Virus record (IMG/VR): IMGVR_UViG_3300037047_000284
Location: 1-40,070 of that record
From: a virus
Lineage: Duplodnaviria > Caudoviricetes
DNA: 40,070 bases
Direction: 5' to 3' (one strand)
Positions 37,258 to 40,070 of the stretch are shown in pieces. The translations under genes and the position numbers were made by a program. The notes under the pieces were generated by a model that searched no databases, was not told where the DNA came from, and saw only the letters and a list, made by a program, of their open reading frames with translations. Positions within the stretch are counted from its first letter, which is position 1. Each line of letters opens with the position of its first letter.

Positions 37258-37311
37258 ACACAGAGCGCAGCGGACCGCCGTAGGCGGTCCGACTGGCGCG
37301 CCGAGTTGAAC
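37253..37311 (-). other. attC site A (59 bp)
   Basis: Plus strand: ATTGAAC-ACAGA-GCGCAG-CGGACCGCC-GTA-GGCGGTCCG-[A]-CTG[G]CGC-GCCGA-GTTGAAC; on the minus strand R'' = GTTCAAC fits RYYYAAC. Confidence 0.88.
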
Positions 37312-37333
37312 AGCACCACACCGGAGAGAAACG

Positions 37334-37804
37334 ATGGACGTTGAACAAAACATGATTGCATTTGAAACAGCGATGCGATGGAACGGCTTTAAAAGCCCGA
37401 CGCGAAGCTCGACCGGCGACGGATACACCTACGCCAGGGACGCCGACAGATTCAGAGGCTGGGAATTGCATCGCCAATCTCAGGAACTGGAAATTGAGTA
37501 CCTGCAAGCCATTGAAGCCGCTGCGCGCAACCTGGTGAAGGTCAAAGGACACACGATGAATGAGACGACGCAGCCCGCCGTGGCGGGTACGGTTGAACCG
37601 ACAGTTAGGAGCTCACCCGCGCCGACGCGGACGCCGCACGGCTTTTCATTTGGTGCGGCCGATGTGTCGGCCAATGCCAGCGACGAACGCGGGAACGTGT
37701 GGCTTGGCATCAAGGGCAAGCGCGCGAAGCTGACCGTGCATGTGACGCCGAGCGGACTGCTGCGCGTGTGGATGAACGGCATGCAAGTGCTGACGACAAA
37801 GTGA
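37334..37804 (+). CDS. Cassette ORF, apparent fusion of a truncated cassette-1 gene and the cassette-2 gene (internal start 37556)
   Basis: RBS GGAG at 5' end; internal RBS AAAGGA plus ATG 37556; reads through half attC B. Confidence 0.65.
   Translation: MDVEQNMIAFETAMRWNGFKSPTRSSTGDGYTYARDADRFRGWELHRQSQELEIEYLQAIEAAARNLVKVKGHTMNETTQPAVAGTVEPTVRSSPAPTRTPHGFSFGAADVSANASDERGNVWLGIKGKRAKLTVHVTPSGLLRVWMNGMQVLTTK
37574..37610 (-). other. Half attC site B (one arm missing)
   Basis: CCCGCC-GT-GGCGGG mini-hairpin then CGGTT[G]AAC-CGACA-GTTAGGA; no complementary AAC-N5-GTTAACCG arm upstream. Confidence 0.65.
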
Positions 37805-37805
37805 C

Positions 37806-37856
37806 ACCCAGCACCACCGATGACCGGCGCTAGTCCGGTCGATTTAAGAGTTGGGC
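37806..37856 (-). other. attC site C (51 bp; AGC in place of AAC)
   Basis: ACCCAGC-ACCACC-GAT-GACCGG-CGCTAGT-CCGGTC-[G]-ATT-TAAGA-GTTGGGC. Confidence 0.78.
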
Positions 37857-37877
37857 GAAGGCCCGGAGAGGATAAAC

Positions 37878-38108
37878 ATGATTCACCCAAAGAACACATG
37901 CAGTGAGTGCATGTATTCAGCCACAAGAGGCGGAAGCGAAAAACTTGAGTGCCGCCGGTATGCGCCTCGGCCGGAGTTCATTTTCGCGGAAAAGGAACTG
38001 CACCTGTTGGCGCCTCGCTTTCCAGTCGTTACGCCAACCGACTGGTGTGGGGAATTCTGGCAGCAGCCCAACACAGAGCTAAGCCGCAAAGGAGGCGCTG
38101 ATGACTGA
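37878..38108 (+). CDS. Cassette-3 ORF, small four-Cys metal-binding protein
   Basis: CSEC...C...WCGEF; C-terminus PNTELSRKGGADD is encoded by attC D. Confidence 0.75.
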   Translation: MIHPKNTCSECMYSATRGGSEKLECRRYAPRPEFIFAEKELHLLAPRFPVVTPTDWCGEFWQQPNTELSRKGGADD

Positions 38109-38166
38109 CCGAAACACGACGGCTCCGCCCGCCGACGAATGTCGGCGCTTGAGCGGCAAGTTGGGG
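38066..38166 (-). other. attC site D (101 bp) containing an RBS, a start and a stop codon in its loop
   Basis: GCCCAAC-ACAGA-GCT-AAGC...GCTT-[G]-AGC-GGCAA-GTTGGGG; internal AAAGGAGG...ATG and GCCGAC-GAAT-GTCGGC hairpin. Confidence 0.88.
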
Positions 38167-38310
38167 CACAAAGCGAGGCCAGAAGACCATGAATGGCTTA
38201 CGGAACTGCGCCAGGACAACGACATGCTTCGATGGGCGCTGCGTGCACTGCTGAACAACCCAGCAGACGCCGAGACGCGGCGCCTCTCGTTTCTCGCCCT
38301 GGGGGAGTGA
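38101..38310 (+). CDS. Cassette-4 ORF 1, hypothetical (69 aa)
   Basis: RBS AAGGAGG and ATG inside attC D. Confidence 0.7.
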   Translation: MTDRNTTAPPADECRRLSGKLGHKARPEDHEWLTELRQDNDMLRWALRALLNNPADAETRRLSFLALGE

Positions 38311-38591
38311 TGGACCGTTTTGAAATTGGCCGGAGCTACGGCGTGATGCACCTTGATGACCGTCAAGAAACAGTCACGATTGCTGGACGAGATATTGCAT
38401 CCGTCACGTTCGAGGATGGGCGCAGGGCTCGCGTGTTGCATGGCCTGGCGCCGGATGGCAGCGATGAAGAGGTGTTGCGCATTGACGAGCGCGGCGCCTT
38501 TGCAGCAGGTGGCGTTGTGAGGGCGTGCCATCTGCGCCCCAACACCGAAGGCCAGCGGGCCGGAACGGGTCCGGCTGGGCCGCAGAGTTGA
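38310..38591 (+). CDS. Cassette-4 ORF 2, hypothetical (93 aa)
   Basis: TGATG coupling, RBS GGGGAG; reads through attC E and stops in GTTGAAC. Confidence 0.7.
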   Translation: MDRFEIGRSYGVMHLDDRQETVTIAGRDIASVTFEDGRRARVLHGLAPDGSDEEVLRIDERGAFAAGGVVRACHLRPNTEGQRAGTGPAGPQS

Positions 38592-38593
38592 AC
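38537..38593 (-). other. attC site E (57 bp)
   Basis: CCCCAAC-ACCGAA-GGC-CAGC-GGGCC-GGAACG-GGTCC-[G]-GCTG-[G]-GCC-GCAGA-GTTGAAC. Confidence 0.88.
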
Positions 38594-38613
38594 AACCTAC
38601 ACCGGAGACCGAA

Positions 38614-38769
38614 ATGGCCTGCCCGAAATGCGGCTGCAAATTGCACTACCAGTACGACACCGGCTGGGATGGCGAGCAGCAACCCGAGAACCTGGAACGC
38701 TGCGCCTCCTGCGGCGAGGTGTTCGACATTGAAGACTCAACCGAGGAAGAAGATGAGCCAACAAGCTGA
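38614..38769 (+). CDS. Cassette-5 ORF 1, 51-aa zinc-ribbon protein (not in ORF track)
   Basis: MACPKCGCK...RCASCGEVFDIEDSTEEEDEPTS; RBS GGAG. Confidence 0.75.
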   Translation: MACPKCGCKLHYQYDTGWDGEQQPENLERCASCGEVFDIEDSTEEEDEPTS

Positions 38770-38968
38770 AACGCTGGCAGACGCTCTGCCGAAGGAAATG
38801 GCCCGCGTTCGCACCGTGCTGGGCTACTACAAGGAAATCGGCCCCGCTGGCGCGATTGGCGCCATGTTCATCGAGCAGGACTTGCAAGCCGCTGACCGTG
38901 CCGTCATGAGCGGCGACGTGGTTGCGATGCTTCAGGCCCTGGAGGCGCTTCGCGGCGTCACCGGCTGA
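38753..38968 (+). CDS. Cassette-5 ORF 2, hypothetical (71 aa)
   Basis: RBS GAGGA; MSQQAETLADALPKEMARVR...GPAGAIGA...GDVVAML. Confidence 0.75.
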   Translation: MSQQAETLADALPKEMARVRTVLGYYKEIGPAGAIGAMFIEQDLQAADRAVMSGDVVAMLQALEALRGVTG

Positions 38969-38969
38969 T

Positions 38970-39086
38970 GTTGTTCAGCACCAATTCGGGAACAGGCCAA
39001 GTAGGATAACACCGGAGCGAAACATGCAAGTCATTGATTCACAAGAGCAAGCAGCCATTACGCACGACGACACACCGGCGTTATGC
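38970..39086 (-). other. Putative attI region
   Basis: Cassette 5 ends at GTTGTTCAGC (38970-38979) with no attC hairpin following; adjacent to the intI 5' end. Confidence 0.6.
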
Positions 39087-40070
39087 GACAAGCCAGCCGA
39101 GCAGCCCAAAAAGTTGCAGCAGCTGGTGGCCGACGCCATCGCCGTGCGGCACTACAGCCGCCGCACCAACGAAGCCTACTGGCACTGGATCAAACGCTTT
39201 GTGATGTGGTCAGGCAAGCGCCACCCAGCCAGCATGGGGCAGATCGAGGTCGGCCAGTTCCTGACCTGGCTGGCCGCTGATCAACACGTTTCTGCCAGCA
39301 CCCAACGCCAGGCGCTGGCCGCCGTCCTGTTCCTGTACAAGCAGGTCCTGGGCGTCGACATCGGCTGGGTCGAAGGCATCGTGCGCGCCAAACAGTCGCA
39401 GCGCTTGCCCGTCGTCATGACCGTTGATGAAACCCGCGCCCTGCTCGCCCACACCAGCGGCACGCCCGGGCTCTTCCTGCGCATGCTGTACGGCACGGGC
39501 CTGCGCCTCATGGAGGGCCTGAACCTGCGCGTGAAGGATCTCGACCTTGAGCAGCGCCAGATCATCGTGCGCGCCGGCAAAGGCAACAAGGACCGCGTCA
39601 CCATGCTGCCCGAGCGCCTGGTGCGGCCACTGCGCGAACTGCTGGAAGAGCGCCGCCGCTGGCACCATGTGGACCTGTCAACGAACCACGCCAGCGTGGA
39701 CCTGCCTTTTGCCATGGCGCGCAAATACCCCAACGCGGGCAAAGAGTGGGCCTGGCAATACGTCTTCGCCACGCCCGACTACCACACCAACCCCGACACC
39801 GGCGAACAACGCCGCCACCACCTGTTCGACTGGACCATCCAGCGCCACATGAAGTCCGCGCTGCAGGCCGCCGGCATCAGCAAGCCCGCCACGCCTCACA
39901 CCCTGCGCCACTGCTTCGCGACCCACCTTCTCCAGGCCGGAACCGATATCCGCACGATTCAGGAACTGCTGGGCCACAGCGACGTGGAGACCACCATGAT
40001 TTACACCCACGTGGTGGGACAGACAGCCGGCCGCGGCGCCGTGAGCCCGCTGGATAGAATGGCCGCATGA
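39024..40070 (+). CDS. intI: Integron integrase (tyrosine recombinase, IntI family), 348 aa
   Basis: RHYSRRT..AY..WIKRF, VSASTQ.QAL, LYGTGLR, GKGNKDR, integron-specific insertion VDLPFAMARKYPNAGKEWAWQYVF, RRHH, HTLRHCFATHLL, LLGHSDV.TTMIYTHV; RBS GGAG. Confidence 0.95.
   Translation: MQVIDSQEQAAITHDDTPALCDKPAEQPKKLQQLVADAIAVRHYSRRTNEAYWHWIKRFVMWSGKRHPASMGQIEVGQFLTWLAADQHVSASTQRQALAAVLFLYKQVLGVDIGWVEGIVRAKQSQRLPVVMTVDETRALLAHTSGTPGLFLRMLYGTGLRLMEGLNLRVKDLDLEQRQIIVRAGKGNKDRVTMLPERLVRPLRELLEERRRWHHVDLSTNHASVDLPFAMARKYPNAGKEWAWQYVFATPDYHTNPDTGEQRRHHLFDWTIQRHMKSALQAAGISKPATPHTLRHCFATHLLQAGTDIRTIQELLGHSDVETTMIYTHVVGQTAGRGAVSPLDRMAA
39027..39039 (-). promoter_or_regulatory. IHF consensus site
   Basis: AATCAA-TGAC-TTG matches WATCAA-N4-TTR. 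Confidence 0.5.

Larger units (their letters stand above)
1..40070. mobile_element. Temperate siphophage/prophage (HK97-like head, long non-contractile tail), apparently near-complete; att ends not visible
   Basis: Contiguous integrase, lysis, tail, head, packaging, Q, replication, immunity and early modules in lambdoid order; no host genes seen. Confidence 0.95.
37253..40070. mobile_element. Integron: intI, putative attI and a five-cassette array
   Basis: IntI plus four complete and one half attC-like sites; complementary core sites at cassette ends. Confidence 0.88.

Noticed and set aside
37253-38593. Spaced hairpins read as a CRISPR array or terminators
   Set aside because: Sequences are not identical repeats, spacing is hundreds of bases with ORFs between, there are no U-tracts and no cas genes; attC geometry fits better
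38970-39023. LexA box or attC hairpin upstream of intI
   Set aside because: No CTGT-N8-ACAG; TGTTC...GAACA is only a 5-bp repeat without attC geometry
39024-40070. IntI as an ordinary phage tyrosine integrase or XerC/D
   Set aside because: It has the integron-specific insertion and adjacent attC sites, and a separate serine integrase is present

Overview
The window is an apparently near-complete ~40 kb temperate siphophage or prophage with high GC and an HK97-type head. The host is probably a Betaproteobacterium, inferred from composition and gene style only. In order, it holds a large serine recombinase (1-1626), then a minus-strand late region (SGNH esterase, lysis, tail, head, terminase, HNH, Q), a primase-helicase replication module and a cro/cI switch with ATCAC-N4-GTGAT operators. 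A plus-strand PL early operon follows, with a ParB-family gene and a C5 methyltransferase. The standout is the end of the PL operon (37253-40070). It carries an integron integrase (IntI) with the integron-specific insertion, preceded by four complete and one half attC-like hairpins that delimit five small cassettes. The core sites at the two ends of three cassettes are complementary, as expected after real IntI insertion. Unlike classical integrons, every cassette ORF is inverted relative to its attC and co-oriented with intI. Some ORFs start, stop or read through inside the attC sites. This looks like a phage-encoded integron that shuffles small early genes under CI control. A second oddity is a complete 99-codon gene with its own RBS nested out of frame inside the methyltransferase gene. 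All calls come from reading motifs by eye; no database searches were run.
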